A stretch of DNA of 64,000 bases, counting the filler, from Candidatus Babelota bacterium (lineage in GTDB: Bacteria; JAGOBX01), in the NCBI GenBank assembly GCA_017999075.1. It is 7 parts of 7 records of this genome, joined end to end, with 100 filler letters (N's around TTAATTAATTAA, not from the genome) between each part and the next. Parts side by side here need not be neighbours in the genome. Positions count along the whole stretch, not along the records: positions 9,940 to 19,611 come from JAGOBX010000099.1; positions 19,712 to 29,358 come from JAGOBX010000100.1; 5 more parts are not named here. One strand, 5' to 3'. Every line of letters begins with the position of its first letter. The stretch's first letter is position 1. The position numbers and the translations under genes are program-made. The notes under the pieces are model-generated. The model saw only the letters and a program-made list of their open reading frames with translations, searched no databases and had not been told where the DNA came from. Below are positions 10,442 to 21,575 of the stretch, in pieces.

Positions 10442-10896
10442 AAAAAAAAGGCATAACGATAATTGAATTGGTTATAGCTATAATAATAATTGGGATTATA
10501 GCCGGTATATTTACCGACATTTTAAGAAATACTTTTGATATGTATGAAAATGTACTTAATGATAACAAACGTAATGCCAGCGCACAACTTATAATTGCTC
10601 AATTAAAAGATGAAATCAACCATTCGGCAGAAATTTTTTCTGTTTCTCCTACTAATTTGATTTTGCTGACTTATGATAATGGAGATACAGCAATGTCTTT
10701 CCCTAAAAAAATAATTTATAATCATATAGGAAATAAATTATATAAATATTATGAGCCGTTGAATGATACGTCAAGTTTTAATTATAATTTTTATTACGTT
10801 AATTTTAAACTTGAAAATTATACGGATAGTATTGTAGAGATAAGTTTGAATGATTTTATAGATACATTTAAATTTCAATGTTCAAATCGGAATTAA
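10438..10896 (+). CDS. Prepilin-type N-terminal protein (minor pilin/pseudopilin)
   Basis: KKKG|ITIIELVIAIIIIGIIAG. Confidence 0.8.
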   Translation: MKKKGITIIELVIAIIIIGIIAGIFTDILRNTFDMYENVLNDNKRNASAQLIIAQLKDEINHSAEIFSVSPTNLILLTYDNGDTAMSFPKKIIYNHIGNKLYKYYEPLNDTSSFNYNFYYVNFKLENYTDSIVEISLNDFIDTFKFQCSNRN

Positions 10897-11003
10897 GCCG
10901 GAATGGATAATTTTAAAATAAAAAAATTTTTTTGTTGATTAAATCTTTGTTTTTTAATAAAATAAAAAATCTTAGATTTAAAATGGGGGGAAAAATGTAA
11001 ATT

Positions 11004-11576
11004 ATGGGAAGTATTGACAATAAAATAAATAGTGAACTTGAAGCATTGAACAATATGCTTGATGAAGAATTAACAGACATTAATTCTAAAAGTAAAGAAA
11101 AATCAGATTTATCTCAGAAAGATACAGTTTTGCCTGCCGCTGATAAATTATTTGACGATGATATGCGGAATGTTGCAATAGAAAATAAAGAAAAAAATAA
11201 AGAAGAATTATTAAAAGAATATTTAAATAACGGCAAAAGGATGTATATGCGCAGTAATCACTCTGAAGCAATGCAATATTTTCAAAAAGCAATAGAAATA
11301 GATCAAAACAATGTTTTAGCTATTTTTAATATGGGAATCATATATATTGACAGAGAAGAACAGGAACTTGCAATGAAACAATTTGAAAGAGTTCTTGAAA
11401 TCAAACCGGATGATTATAAATCTTTATGCAATTTAGGCGGGATATATTATAAATTAGGCAGATACAGAGAAGCATTTGATATTTTAAACAGAGCCATATC
11501 AATAAATCCCAATGATTTGAATAGTTTACAGAATCTGAAATTATTAGAAAAAAAGTTATTAAATTCAAAAAAATAA
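11004..11576 (+). CDS. TPR-repeat protein
   Basis: AMQYFQKAIEIDQNN, FERVLEIKPDD, LNRAISINPND. Confidence 0.9.
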   Translation: MGSIDNKINSELEALNNMLDEELTDINSKSKEKSDLSQKDTVLPAADKLFDDDMRNVAIENKEKNKEELLKEYLNNGKRMYMRSNHSEAMQYFQKAIEIDQNNVLAIFNMGIIYIDREEQELAMKQFERVLEIKPDDYKSLCNLGGIYYKLGRYREAFDILNRAISINPNDLNSLQNLKLLEKKLLNSKK

Positions 11577-11601
11577 TTTTATCTTAAGGGGCAATATAAA
11601 T

Positions 11602-14600
11602 ATGTATTTTAAAATAAAATCGGGAATATTATTTATATTATTTATAACTATTTTATTTTTAGGAACATTACATTCAGAACCTGCAGGAATAAAGGATATA
11701 CTTATATTTGAGCAAGTAGGAATGTCGGGAGATACAATTTCGAGGACAGCTATAGGAAATAATTTATACATAAAAGTAATAACTAACTTGTCAGCTGCTC
11801 AAATAAATGATGTTCGAAGCGAAGACACTTGCTTATTACATATTTTTAATACAAATTCAGGAGATAGTATTTTTATAACTTTTGACAGAAAAATATCCGG
11901 AGATACCGGCAGCGCGGATTCTACTGTATATGAAATATCGAGCCAGAATATTATTACAATAAAAAATTCAGGATGGACAAACAACACATTAAATTATATT
12001 GGAGCTAACTGGAGTGATTTGATTAAAATAAATATAATAAATTTTTCCTGCACTAAAGAAATAACTGTTGCTAAACCTACAGAACCTGCCACAATAAACT
12101 ATTTAAATTTTATGACTTCAAATTTTGAAACTATATTATCTTCTGATTACCATATAGCAATGAATGAATTTTTATATTTACAGGCAGTTGCACAGAATGA
12201 TGCGGAACCTCTTATGGTTGACAGTATACCTGTTACAATAAAAAATGCGGATGGTTCTGTAATATTTAATGTCAATTTATTTGAAACGTCAAAAAACAGC
12301 GGAATTTATAATAATATTTCAACTCCTGTAAAAATATATGACATTACAAATATTTATGACTATACGATAAAAGAAGTCCGCGGCAGTTATCTGACTGTGA
12401 ATGCAAGAAATTTATCTGATACAATTTATTTTATCAATCCAGCCAGTCCAACTTCAATCATTGATGCAAAGTTTACAGATTATGGGTTTACTAATGTACT
12501 TTCAGGAAAGCGTTATGAAAAACCTTTGCAAGTTAATGCGTGGATTCAGGCATATGACAAGGAACCTTATTACATAGACACATTGGTTGTGCAGATTCAA
12601 AATTCTAATTCAAATATAGATTCTTTACAATTAGTTTTAATTGAAACAGCAAAAAATTCAGGTATTTTTAGAACAGCATCTGTTTTAACAATAGGCGATA
12701 ATACGAATCAATCATTAAATAGCTTGAAAGTAAATTACGGAGAAACAGTAGGTTTATTGGTAAATGGAATCTTGGTTGACACTATTTTAATAAATTATTC
12801 ATTCGGTCCTGATTATTTAACCGATTTATATTTTTCAGTTTCAGGATTTTCAAATAAATTGAGTGACAATTATCATGTTGATAAAGGGGAACGTTTATAT
12901 ATTGAAGCTTATGGACATTCAGGAAATCCTGATATAATAGATACTTTTTTTGTAACTGTAAAAAATAACAGGACTTCGGAAACTATAACAGTTACAATGA
13001 CAGAAACATTTAAAAATTCAGGAATTTATAGAAATTCTGATGCATATACAAATGATTATACCAATAGTTACTATAAATGGATTGGAGCGAGATTAGGCGA
13101 TACAATAAGCATTTATTCTACATATGGTTCATTTTCTGATGCTGTAAGTTTAATAACTCCGGTTCCTCCTTCTAATGAAAATATCATAGCTTCTTATTTT
13201 ATAGATGAAAACGGCAACTTTATAAGTGAAGATTCTATTGCGATAACTTCAAAAATAAAAATTGAGATGTTGTCAATTGATATGGAACCGAGATATTCTG
13301 ACACTAAAATTATTTATATAAAGAATTTTAATAACGATGATTCAATATATGTTTTGTTAACAGAAGTATCGTCAGGTAAATTGAAAAATATTTCTGAAAT
13401 AACTTTTTCAGGGTATACTAATGTAATTGAAGGTATTTTAAGAGCTGCTGAAGGAGATCGGATTAATTTAATCATAGACGGAATAGTAAGAGATACCATT
13501 TATATATCTGTAAACAACCCTACGATATTTGCAAATTCATTTAATTTTATAACATTTGAAGGGGAAATATCTTCAATAAGAACTGATACCTCATATCCTT
13601 CCTATGCAACTGTGAATATTGAATTAAATGGAATTGACAATAATCCGAATATTATTAATTATATTTATGTTACGTTAATGAATACTTACAATGAGACGAT
13701 AACTATAAGATTGAATGAAACCGAATATAACACCGGAAAATTCAGGGGTTTGTTTTATTTGAGAACATTTACTTCTCAATATAATGGATATATACAGGCA
13801 AATAATGAAAATGATACTGTTGGAATAATTTATGATGGGATCAACCAAAAAAGATTAGAATTAAAAGTTAGAAAAAGTACTGATGCAGGAAGAGTAATTT
13901 CTTTGAGATTAAAAAAAGATGGTTCATTTTTTGAAGATTTGGATCATCAGTTGAATTTTGATGATGTGGTATATGTTGAATTAGTGGCTGAAGATTCAAA
14001 TCCGAATACAGTTGATTATACGGATGTAGAATGTTTTTCAGGTCCATCTTTAGATCCTGTTGCAGAAAGAACCATATCGGTTCAGCTTAAAGAAACTGAT
14101 CCAAGTTCAGGAATATTCAGAGGGACTTTCAGATTATCAAGATTATCGAATGATACAATAGATGAACTGAAAATAACATATGGGAATGTTTTGACAGTAA
14201 CATCTGTTACAGACAATACCAAAATACATACTGCAAATATAACCATACCAGTAGAACCTTTAGTAATAAATGAATTAAAGTTTTATACAAACCCTTCTTA
14301 TAATGAAATTTTACCTGATAATAAACAAATGGATTTTTATAATGTTTTGTATATTCAAGCAACGGCATCGGATTTGAATTCATTGAATGCTGATACTGTA
14401 GGGGTTGTTTTGCAGGATGCAAAATTATATAGGACAGGGGATCAAGGCGATAGTATTATTGAAATTGAGACTTATACTTTTACGACAAATAATGTTCATT
14501 TTTCATTAGTTGAAACTGGTAAACATACAGGAATTTATCGTGGAGCCATATCTATTGGACCTGATAACCTTGATAATGAATTAGGAAAAATTATAGGAAC

Positions 14601-17600
14601 TTCAAGAAGCAATACAATATTATTGTTCTGGCAAAAAGATTATGATAATTGGGTAGATTCAGGAAAAACTCCGGCTACTCAACCTGTTCTTAGATCAAAA
14701 GTTAAAATGATTCAGTATGATCAGCCGGATTATATTTATGCTATAGAGTTTATGAAAAATGAACAATACGCTGAAGTATTGAGAACTCCGCATCTGACAC
14801 TGGGGCAGGCAATAGAAAGCAATATATCTGAACTTAAATATATTTATGTAAGAGCTTATGCTGATACCAAAACAGCGTCAGATTTATTGGAAGATACCAT
14901 AGAATTATCTTTGAAAATTTATAAGTGCGATACATACGGGCAGATATTATGGGATAAAGTAAACGAAGATAAACTATCGGAAAGATCAGATGTTGGTTCT
15001 GACTCGGACAGTTTTAATGTTGTAACTATAAAATTGGTTGAAGTCGGACAGAATTCAGGAATTTATACCAATATAAATGATGTTAAATCAATATTAGATA
15101 TATATGATTTTGGAACTATAGGTCAAAATGTTAAAATTGACAGATCATTATATCCATACCATCTATTAGTGGTAGAGCCAACTATAAGGCATGCGTATAA
15201 TACCGTAAATTATGCATTAAGTGGAAAAAAAGCTCCGTTAAACAGTACAGATTCAGGAACATTTGTTGCCGATACATCTTATATAGCGTTCTCTATATCA
15301 CCGAGTTTTATAGACTCCATAAATATTTATGAATCGCCTGATTATATAAATATATTGACTCCTTCTGAAAGAACTCCTGAAGAACCATACAACAAACTTT
15401 ATATAAAAGCTGAAGATAACCGTGATTTGACTGATACAAAAATTGGGGAAATATCAATAAATTATTTTTCAAATGATGTTTTAAAAGATGAAATTTATCT
15501 TCATTTGACAGTTAACCCGAATTTGCCGATATTTTGGACAGATTATACGGAAATGCAGAATGAATACGGAGATACTAAACTTCGGGTTAAATTAGTGGAA
15601 ACAACTCCTTCTTCAAACAGATATGTTATAGATTTGTCAAGCGTTCCTACTTTGGTTACCCGTATGGACGCAAATACTCCGCGCTGGACAGAACAAAACA
15701 GTCAATTGCTTCATGTTATGCAGGGAGATACAATTGATGTACAAGCTTATAATGATATAACAAAAACTTATGTAAGTACAAAACGCACTTTATTCAGTTC
15801 AGCGGTAAACAGGGCGCCTGAACTTATTGGAACAGTAAAGGTAATGAACCTTGGTTATGGTTCTGAATATTATCAAAATTTTTTAACAGGAAAACCAATA
15901 TATTTCCAGGCGTTTGGTAGCGCAGGGAAAAGTAATACTTTGTTGGTTGATACGGTTCCTATAACAGTATACAATCTGCGTTCCGGAGATACCATAAGTT
16001 TTTATTTAACAGAAACTGCAATAGGAAGTGAAATTTACAGACTGGATCCTGTAAAATTTAATTATCCGAGACTTGATCCTGATTTCGGTTTGCCTTCTGA
16101 CAATATACTTCAGGCAAGGAGCGGAGATTCAATAGTTGCAATCTGTACAGGAAGTGTAAATTCTATAGGAAGGCGTACTAATGCATATTTTGGGCCAAGA
16201 AATGTAGCGTCTCCCAGAAAACCTGAACAAATTTTTGCTATAAGATTAAAAAAAGATATGTCAGGATTACTTGATTATTCGCCATTAGAAAATTTTGCCC
16301 GCGGAACAACAGTGTGTATAGAAATGAGCGCAGACATAGGAGATAATGCTTTAGTAGATAATACATATAATGATGTTTATGTGGAAAATCAGCGAGGTCA
16401 AACAATAACGGTAGTTCTTACTGAAGATGGTCCTGCAACAGGAAAATACAGAGGCAGTTTTAAATTGGAAGCTTCGACAAATGATACTCTTGATGAAATT
16501 GGACTGCTTGACAGTGAAACATTTGCAGTATATCATAGAATTGCCACAGAAATAAGTTCGGCAGAATATAGAATAGGAGTGCCTGAACCGCCTGTATTTA
16601 TAAGTTCATTAGGTTTAAAAGACAATAGTTTTGCAAATTCACTTATGTCGTCTACCAATAATACAGTTTTAGATAAACAACAATTATATATAGAATTAAA
16701 CGGAGAAGATAAAAATTTGAATTTAGTTGATAAAGTAGATATATATATTCTAAGTTGGGAAGATAAAAATGTTTCTACAAATTTATTGAAAGGTATGATA
16801 AAAATAAATTTATTGGAAACAGGAATACACACAGGAAAATATAGAGGTATTGTAAAATTAGGAGATTTTAATGATACGGATCAGTTTATGATAAAAGCGA
16901 ATCAGAATGATATTTTAGGAATAATAGAATGTTCTATGCTTAATGATACCGCATATGCATATCCTTCTGGAATTACAACTACATTTGATAAGATAAAATA
17001 TTATACAATGTCAGGTTATGCTGATACAGCGTGGGTAGCTGTAACGAGTTCTCCTTCATTGTTATTCGGAATAACGGTAAAAAGTTCTGATTATACGCAA
17101 ACCCGTAATATAAACAGGAGTAACCCTATACGATTTGGAGAAATATTATATATTGAAGCTCAAGGGGATGTTGCTAATCATTTATTGATTGATACTACTA
17201 TAGTAACAATTTATGGATATGATATAAATGGGAATGTAGTTCCAGGCACTGAGGTTAAAGTTGAATTAGTGGAAAGTGAGATAGCTTCCGGAACTTATCG
17301 TGGAAAAGTAAAAATAGCGGAAGATCAATACACAAATTCTAAGTTGGCATCAGCATATTATATGGAAAATTCAACATATATATCAGGTTCTTTAAAAAAA
17401 GCGATAACTGATAATTTAACATATTTAGATGATCCGTATTTACCGATTTTTGGGCCGTTAAGTTCAAGATATTTTGATATAAAATGGACTTTCCAAAATT
17501 TAAATGTAGCTTATACCACACACAATAATTTAACTGTTCAGGATTTAGGTGTTGATGTATCACCTCAATTTAACGTATTCCCGAACCCTTGGAAAAAAAA

Positions 17601-17877
17601 TGATTCTTTATATGATAACGTAGAATATAAAGGCACTGCCCGATCAGGGATAAAATTTACAGGTCTTGATAATGAAGCTGACATAAAAATTTTTGACATA
17701 AACGGACAACTTATATATTCTGGTAAATGTGAACCGGATTATACATACGGATATGGCCAATTTTTATGGGAAGGACAAAATAAGGAAAATCAAAAAGTAA
17801 GTTCAGGAGTATATGTTTATGTAACAAGAGATAAAGAAGGATTGATTAAAAAAGGAAAGATAGCTGTTATAAGATAA
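11602..17877 (+). CDS. Large secreted repeat protein (Ig-like repeats) with T9SS type A / FlgD-like C-terminal domain
   Basis: Signal peptide; about 13 repeats with L.ET...SG.Y/FRG; C-terminus VFPNP..IKIFDINGQLI..WEGQN..VSSGVY..GKIAVIR. Confidence 0.8.
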   Translation: MYFKIKSGILFILFITILFLGTLHSEPAGIKDILIFEQVGMSGDTISRTAIGNNLYIKVITNLSAAQINDVRSEDTCLLHIFNTNSGDSIFITFDRKISGDTGSADSTVYEISSQNIITIKNSGWTNNTLNYIGANWSDLIKINIINFSCTKEITVAKPTEPATINYLNFMTSNFETILSSDYHIAMNEFLYLQAVAQNDAEPLMVDSIPVTIKNADGSVIFNVNLFETSKNSGIYNNISTPVKIYDITNIYDYTIKEVRGSYLTVNARNLSDTIYFINPASPTSIIDAKFTDYGFTNVLSGKRYEKPLQVNAWIQAYDKEPYYIDTLVVQIQNSNSNIDSLQLVLIETAKNSGIFRTASVLTIGDNTNQSLNSLKVNYGETVGLLVNGILVDTILINYSFGPDYLTDLYFSVSGFSNKLSDNYHVDKGERLYIEAYGHSGNPDIIDTFFVTVKNNRTSETITVTMTETFKNSGIYRNSDAYTNDYTNSYYKWIGARLGDTISIYSTYGSFSDAVSLITPVPPSNENIIASYFIDENGNFISEDSIAITSKIKIEMLSIDMEPRYSDTKIIYIKNFNNDDSIYVLLTEVSSGKLKNISEITFSGYTNVIEGILRAAEGDRINLIIDGIVRDTIYISVNNPTIFANSFNFITFEGEISSIRTDTSYPSYATVNIELNGIDNNPNIINYIYVTLMNTYNETITIRLNETEYNTGKFRGLFYLRTFTSQYNGYIQANNENDTVGIIYDGINQKRLELKVRKSTDAGRVISLRLKKDGSFFEDLDHQLNFDDVVYVELVAEDSNPNTVDYTDVECFSGPSLDPVAERTISVQLKETDPSSGIFRGTFRLSRLSNDTIDELKITYGNVLTVTSVTDNTKIHTANITIPVEPLVINELKFYTNPSYNEILPDNKQMDFYNVLYIQATASDLNSLNADTVGVVLQDAKLYRTGDQGDSIIEIETYTFTTNNVHFSLVETGKHTGIYRGAISIGPDNLDNELGKIIGTSRSNTILLFWQKDYDNWVDSGKTPATQPVLRSKVKMIQYDQPDYIYAIEFMKNEQYAEVLRTPHLTLGQAIESNISELKYIYVRAYADTKTASDLLEDTIELSLKIYKCDTYGQILWDKVNEDKLSERSDVGSDSDSFNVVTIKLVEVGQNSGIYTNINDVKSILDIYDFGTIGQNVKIDRSLYPYHLLVVEPTIRHAYNTVNYALSGKKAPLNSTDSGTFVADTSYIAFSISPSFIDSINIYESPDYINILTPSERTPEEPYNKLYIKAEDNRDLTDTKIGEISINYFSNDVLKDEIYLHLTVNPNLPIFWTDYTEMQNEYGDTKLRVKLVETTPSSNRYVIDLSSVPTLVTRMDANTPRWTEQNSQLLHVMQGDTIDVQAYNDITKTYVSTKRTLFSSAVNRAPELIGTVKVMNLGYGSEYYQNFLTGKPIYFQAFGSAGKSNTLLVDTVPITVYNLRSGDTISFYLTETAIGSEIYRLDPVKFNYPRLDPDFGLPSDNILQARSGDSIVAICTGSVNSIGRRTNAYFGPRNVASPRKPEQIFAIRLKKDMSGLLDYSPLENFARGTTVCIEMSADIGDNALVDNTYNDVYVENQRGQTITVVLTEDGPATGKYRGSFKLEASTNDTLDEIGLLDSETFAVYHRIATEISSAEYRIGVPEPPVFISSLGLKDNSFANSLMSSTNNTVLDKQQLYIELNGEDKNLNLVDKVDIYILSWEDKNVSTNLLKGMIKINLLETGIHTGKYRGIVKLGDFNDTDQFMIKANQNDILGIIECSMLNDTAYAYPSGITTTFDKIKYYTMSGYADTAWVAVTSSPSLLFGITVKSSDYTQTRNINRSNPIRFGEILYIEAQGDVANHLLIDTTIVTIYGYDINGNVVPGTEVKVELVESEIASGTYRGKVKIAEDQYTNSKLASAYYMENSTYISGSLKKAITDNLTYLDDPYLPIFGPLSSRYFDIKWTFQNLNVAYTTHNNLTVQDLGVDVSPQFNVFPNPWKKNDSLYDNVEYKGTARSGIKFTGLDNEADIKIFDINGQLIYSGKCEPDYTYGYGQFLWEGQNKENQKVSSGVYVYVTRDKEGLIKKGKIAVIR

Positions 17878-17925
17878 AAATAGATTTAAAAAATAATATG
17901 TTAAGACTTTTATGGAGGCAGGTAT

Positions 17926-19020
17926 ATGCAAAAAAAATTATACCTTATTTTATACGCATTAATTATTAACTTAATAATAAGTTATCCGTTATTATCAGGA
18001 AGTCCAGGAACTGTATCTGCGCTTTTGATGGTTGCGGATATTGCGGCCAGACCTTCGTCATTAGGCGGGGCAATCGGAGCTTTAGGCGATGACATTAATG
18101 CAATTAAATATAATCCTGCAGGATTGTGCGGGATAAACCAGTACGAATTTCAATTTAGTCATTTTGCAAGTTTTGAAGATATAAATTATGAATCAATAAT
18201 GTTTGGAATTCCATTGTTGAAATATAATTCTGCTGTGGGAATAAGTCTAGATTTTTTAAATTACGGCGATTTTGAAAAACGTGATATATATGGAGTTGAT
18301 AAAGGAACTTTTTCAGCTGATGATATGTTATTGACGTTCGGATACTCCCGCAGATTAAAAAATGAAATTAAAATCGGAGGGAACATAAAATATTTTAGTT
18401 CTAAAATTGAAATTGAAAAAGCTGATGCAATGGCAATAGATGTGGGCACGTTATATGATGTTGCTGATAATATTACATTGGGGTTAGCCTTTCAGAATTT
18501 CGGAGGCAAATTAAAATATATTAACGAAGAAGAAGATTTACCGTTAAATTTTAAGTTATCCACTAAGTATTCACCTAAGCGTTTTAAAAATCCGCCTCAG
18601 ATGCTGTTTGACATTAATATACCAAAAGGACAAAAACCTAATTTTAATATTGGAATGGAATTTTGGATTAATGAAGCTATTTCAGTACGCGGAGGATATA
18701 AAGATAAAGTTGACGAGGGAAGGTTTATAGGCGGCGTTGGATTCAGATCGACGGTATTTCAGTTGGATTATGCGTATATGTGGGCTGACGAGCTGGATGT
18801 ATCTCATAGAATATCAGCTTTATTCAGGTTTGGCGGTGATAAAAATAGGAATGAATATTTGAAATCCAAGAATAAGGTTTTAAGAAAGAGACCTATCAGA
18901 GCCGGAGAATATGATTTTAATTCTATAGAATCGGAACGAAATCGGAGAACTATAAAATTTGATGATTCAGAACTCAGTGATGAAGTTATATTTTTAACTC
19001 CAATGGGAACAATAAAATAA
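17926..19020 (+). CDS. PorV/PorQ-family (UPF0164-like) outer-membrane beta-barrel
   Basis: Signal peptide, ARPSSLGGA, YNPAGL, AIDVG, LGLAFQNFG, LDYAY, HRIS. Confidence 0.8.
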   Translation: MQKKLYLILYALIINLIISYPLLSGSPGTVSALLMVADIAARPSSLGGAIGALGDDINAIKYNPAGLCGINQYEFQFSHFASFEDINYESIMFGIPLLKYNSAVGISLDFLNYGDFEKRDIYGVDKGTFSADDMLLTFGYSRRLKNEIKIGGNIKYFSSKIEIEKADAMAIDVGTLYDVADNITLGLAFQNFGGKLKYINEEEDLPLNFKLSTKYSPKRFKNPPQMLFDINIPKGQKPNFNIGMEFWINEAISVRGGYKDKVDEGRFIGGVGFRSTVFQLDYAYMWADELDVSHRISALFRFGGDKNRNEYLKSKNKVLRKRPIRAGEYDFNSIESERNRRTIKFDDSELSDEVIFLTPMGTIK

Positions 19021-19033
19021 TAACTGATCTGTA

Positions 19034-19585
19034 ATGAAAAAAAAATCATATTATATAATATTATTGAGCGTTATAATAATACTGATTTTTTATTTTTCAT
19101 TAAAATTCAAAGAATTTAAAAATTTAAGTGAATATGTTCAGCCATCAAAGGAAGAATTTGATTTTTTTGAAAAATATATAGAAGATTTGCAAAATATATC
19201 AAAAAAAATTTTAATATTGATGGTATTTATACCATTGGTTATTGGAATTTGGTTAATTTTAAAACTTAAAAATAAATTTTTAAAGTCTGAATCGAATGGA
19301 ATAGATAAATTAAGAGATATTTCTCTTTTTTTAAAAGAATTATCTTTTATCTGCGACGAATTTATTTTAAATGAAAAAATCCAGAAAATAGAAATATTTG
19401 AAGATGATGGAAAAATTAAAATTAATCCTGATATTTTTAAAAACCAGAATTTCAGTTATGTTTTTAAAAAATATGATTTATTAAATATAAATAATATGTT
19501 AAAAGATTTAGTCAATGGTAAATATAAAACTAAAATTTTTTATCAGTTTTTAGAGAATAAAATTACATTATTGAAAAGTTTATAA
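19034..19585 (+). CDS. Hypothetical membrane protein
   Basis: Two hydrophobic segments. Confidence 0.5.
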   Translation: MKKKSYYIILLSVIIILIFYFSLKFKEFKNLSEYVQPSKEEFDFFEKYIEDLQNISKKILILMVFIPLVIGIWLILKLKNKFLKSESNGIDKLRDISLFLKELSFICDEFILNEKIQKIEIFEDDGKIKINPDIFKNQNFSYVFKKYDLLNINNMLKDLVNGKYKTKIFYQFLENKITLLKSL

Positions 19586-19611
19586 AAAAATAATTATTAT
19601 TCGGATGTTAA

Positions 19612-19711
19612 NNNNNNNNNNNNNNNNNNNNNNNNNNNNNNNNNNNNNNNNNNNNTTAATTAATTAANNNNNNNNNNNNNNNNNNNNNNNNNNNNNNNNN
19701 NNNNNNNNNNN
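19612..19711. other. Artificial contig linker
   Basis: N-run, TTAATTAATTAA, N-run. Confidence 0.98.
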
Positions 19712-20086
19712 TTGATTTTTAAATTCTGTTCTGTATTTTTCGCCTTTTGCCTTATTGGTTTCAGATACTTCCTGAAATTTCATTTGCTGTTTTTCCATCA
19801 TTTGCTTTTGAAAACTCATTAATGCATTTTTCATGTCAGTATCTGTCATATCAGAAGATATTCCTGATAATCCGTCTTTAAAACCTTTTATAAAATTTTC
19901 AGAATTTATAGATATATCCTGTTTTTTTAAACTTTTGCCTATATCATAACCTATACTGTAACTTACCTTATTTAAATCAATTGCAGGATTATCTGATTCT
20001 TTTTCGGATTCTTCAGCAAGAATATTAATATTAAATACTAATATTAAAGAAAAAATCATCAATGTATAAATGATATTTTTTTTCAT
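19712..20086 (-). CDS. FKBP-type PPIase (FkpA/Mip-like), N-terminal part only
   Basis: Signal peptide, KVSYSIGYDIG, FIKGFKDGL, NKAKGEKY. Confidence 0.85.
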
Positions 20087-20253
20087 ACTATAAATTCCAC
20101 CTTAAGAAAATTTTAAGAAATATTTTATATTAATTATAAAACTAATCAAGAACAATTTTCAAATATTTTTATTGGAATTTATCATTCTTGACTAACACTA
20201 ATAGTTATTATATATTTTAAACAAAAAATTAATTAAAAGGTGGTGATAATTTT

Positions 20254-21522
20254 ATGGTAAATAAAAAAAACGGTAATGACTATGATAATCCCTGGTATTC
20301 TGCAAGAAAACAACTTGAGAATGTTGCAGAACTTATCAAATTATCAGATAGTGAACTGGAATATCTTAAACATTCTCGCCGTGAACTATCAGTGTCTATA
20401 CCTGTTAAAATGGATAACGGCAAGCTAAAAGTATTTTTGGGATACAGAGTCCAGCATAATGATATCAGAGGACCGTACAAAGGAGGTTTACGATACCATC
20501 CAGACGTTACAATTGATGAAGTGCGTGCATTAGCTATGTGGATGACTTGGAAATGCGCTGTGGCTAATATTCCTTACGGTGGAGCAAAAGGAGGAGTTGT
20601 TTGCGATCCTGATACTTTATCGATAGGTGAACTGGAACGCATTACCAGAAGATTCACTCACGAAATTTCAATCATAATAGGTCCCAATAAAGACGTTCCA
20701 GCACCTGATGTAAACACAAATGCTCAAATAATGGGATGGATAATGGATTCTTACAGCATGAATCATGGGTTTGCAGTTCATGGGGTTGTAACTGGAAAAC
20801 CTATAAGTCTCGGAGGTTCTCTTGGAAGAAGAGAAGCTACTGGGCGTGGAGTTATGTTCACAGCATTAAATCTTCTTAAAGTGCTAAATAAAGACATTTC
20901 CAAAATTTCAATAGCTGTCCAGGGATTCGGGAATGTTGGTTCAATTGCCGCTCAATTACTTTACGAACAAGGTGCTAAAATAGTTGCTGTAAGCGATGTT
21001 AAAGGAGGAATATATTGTAAAAATGGAATTAATATTCATGAATTATTAAAATATATAGAAAAGAATAGATTCGTGAAAGGTTTTCCCGGAACAGAAGAAA
21101 TTACTAATGAAGCTCTTTTAGAAATTGATTGTGATATGTTAATTCCAGCAGCTCTTGAAAATCAAATTACTGAAAAAAATGCTGATAAAATAAAAGCAAA
21201 ATTCATTGTTGAAGGCGCTAATGGTCCTACAACTCCTCCTGCTGATGATATTTTAAATTCAAAAGGAATTATTGTTATTCCAGACATTTTAGCTAATGCC
21301 GGAGGGGTAGTGGTTTCATATTTTGAATGGGTACAGGGAAATCAGGAATATTTCTGGACTGAAGAAGATGTCAATACAAAACTGAAACACATCATGGATG
21401 CCGCGTTTTCAAATATACAATCAACTAAAGAAAAATACAAGGTTGATTACAGGAAAGCAGCTTATATAGTAGCTGTTGGAAGAGTCGCAGAAGCTATGAA
21501 ATGCAGAGGAATTTACCTGTAG
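20254..21522 (+). CDS. gdhA: Glu/Leu/Phe/Val dehydrogenase (glutamate dehydrogenase)
   Basis: GPYKGGLRYHP, GGAKGG, DVPAPD, VQGFGNVG, EGANGP. Confidence 0.93.
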   Translation: MVNKKNGNDYDNPWYSARKQLENVAELIKLSDSELEYLKHSRRELSVSIPVKMDNGKLKVFLGYRVQHNDIRGPYKGGLRYHPDVTIDEVRALAMWMTWKCAVANIPYGGAKGGVVCDPDTLSIGELERITRRFTHEISIIIGPNKDVPAPDVNTNAQIMGWIMDSYSMNHGFAVHGVVTGKPISLGGSLGRREATGRGVMFTALNLLKVLNKDISKISIAVQGFGNVGSIAAQLLYEQGAKIVAVSDVKGGIYCKNGINIHELLKYIEKNRFVKGFPGTEEITNEALLEIDCDMLIPAALENQITEKNADKIKAKFIVEGANGPTTPPADDILNSKGIIVIPDILANAGGVVVSYFEWVQGNQEYFWTEEDVNTKLKHIMDAAFSNIQSTKEKYKVDYRKAAYIVAVGRVAEAMKCRGIYL

Positions 21523-21532
21523 AAATTTATTT

Positions 21533-21575
21533 TATAAAATTTAGCAGATGAAAATTTCATCTGCTAAATTTTATA
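21533..21575. terminator. Perfect inverted repeat, likely bidirectional terminator between convergent gdhA and rsmD
   Basis: TATAAAATTTAGCAGATGAAA-A-TTTCATCTGCTAAATTTTATA. Confidence 0.7.
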
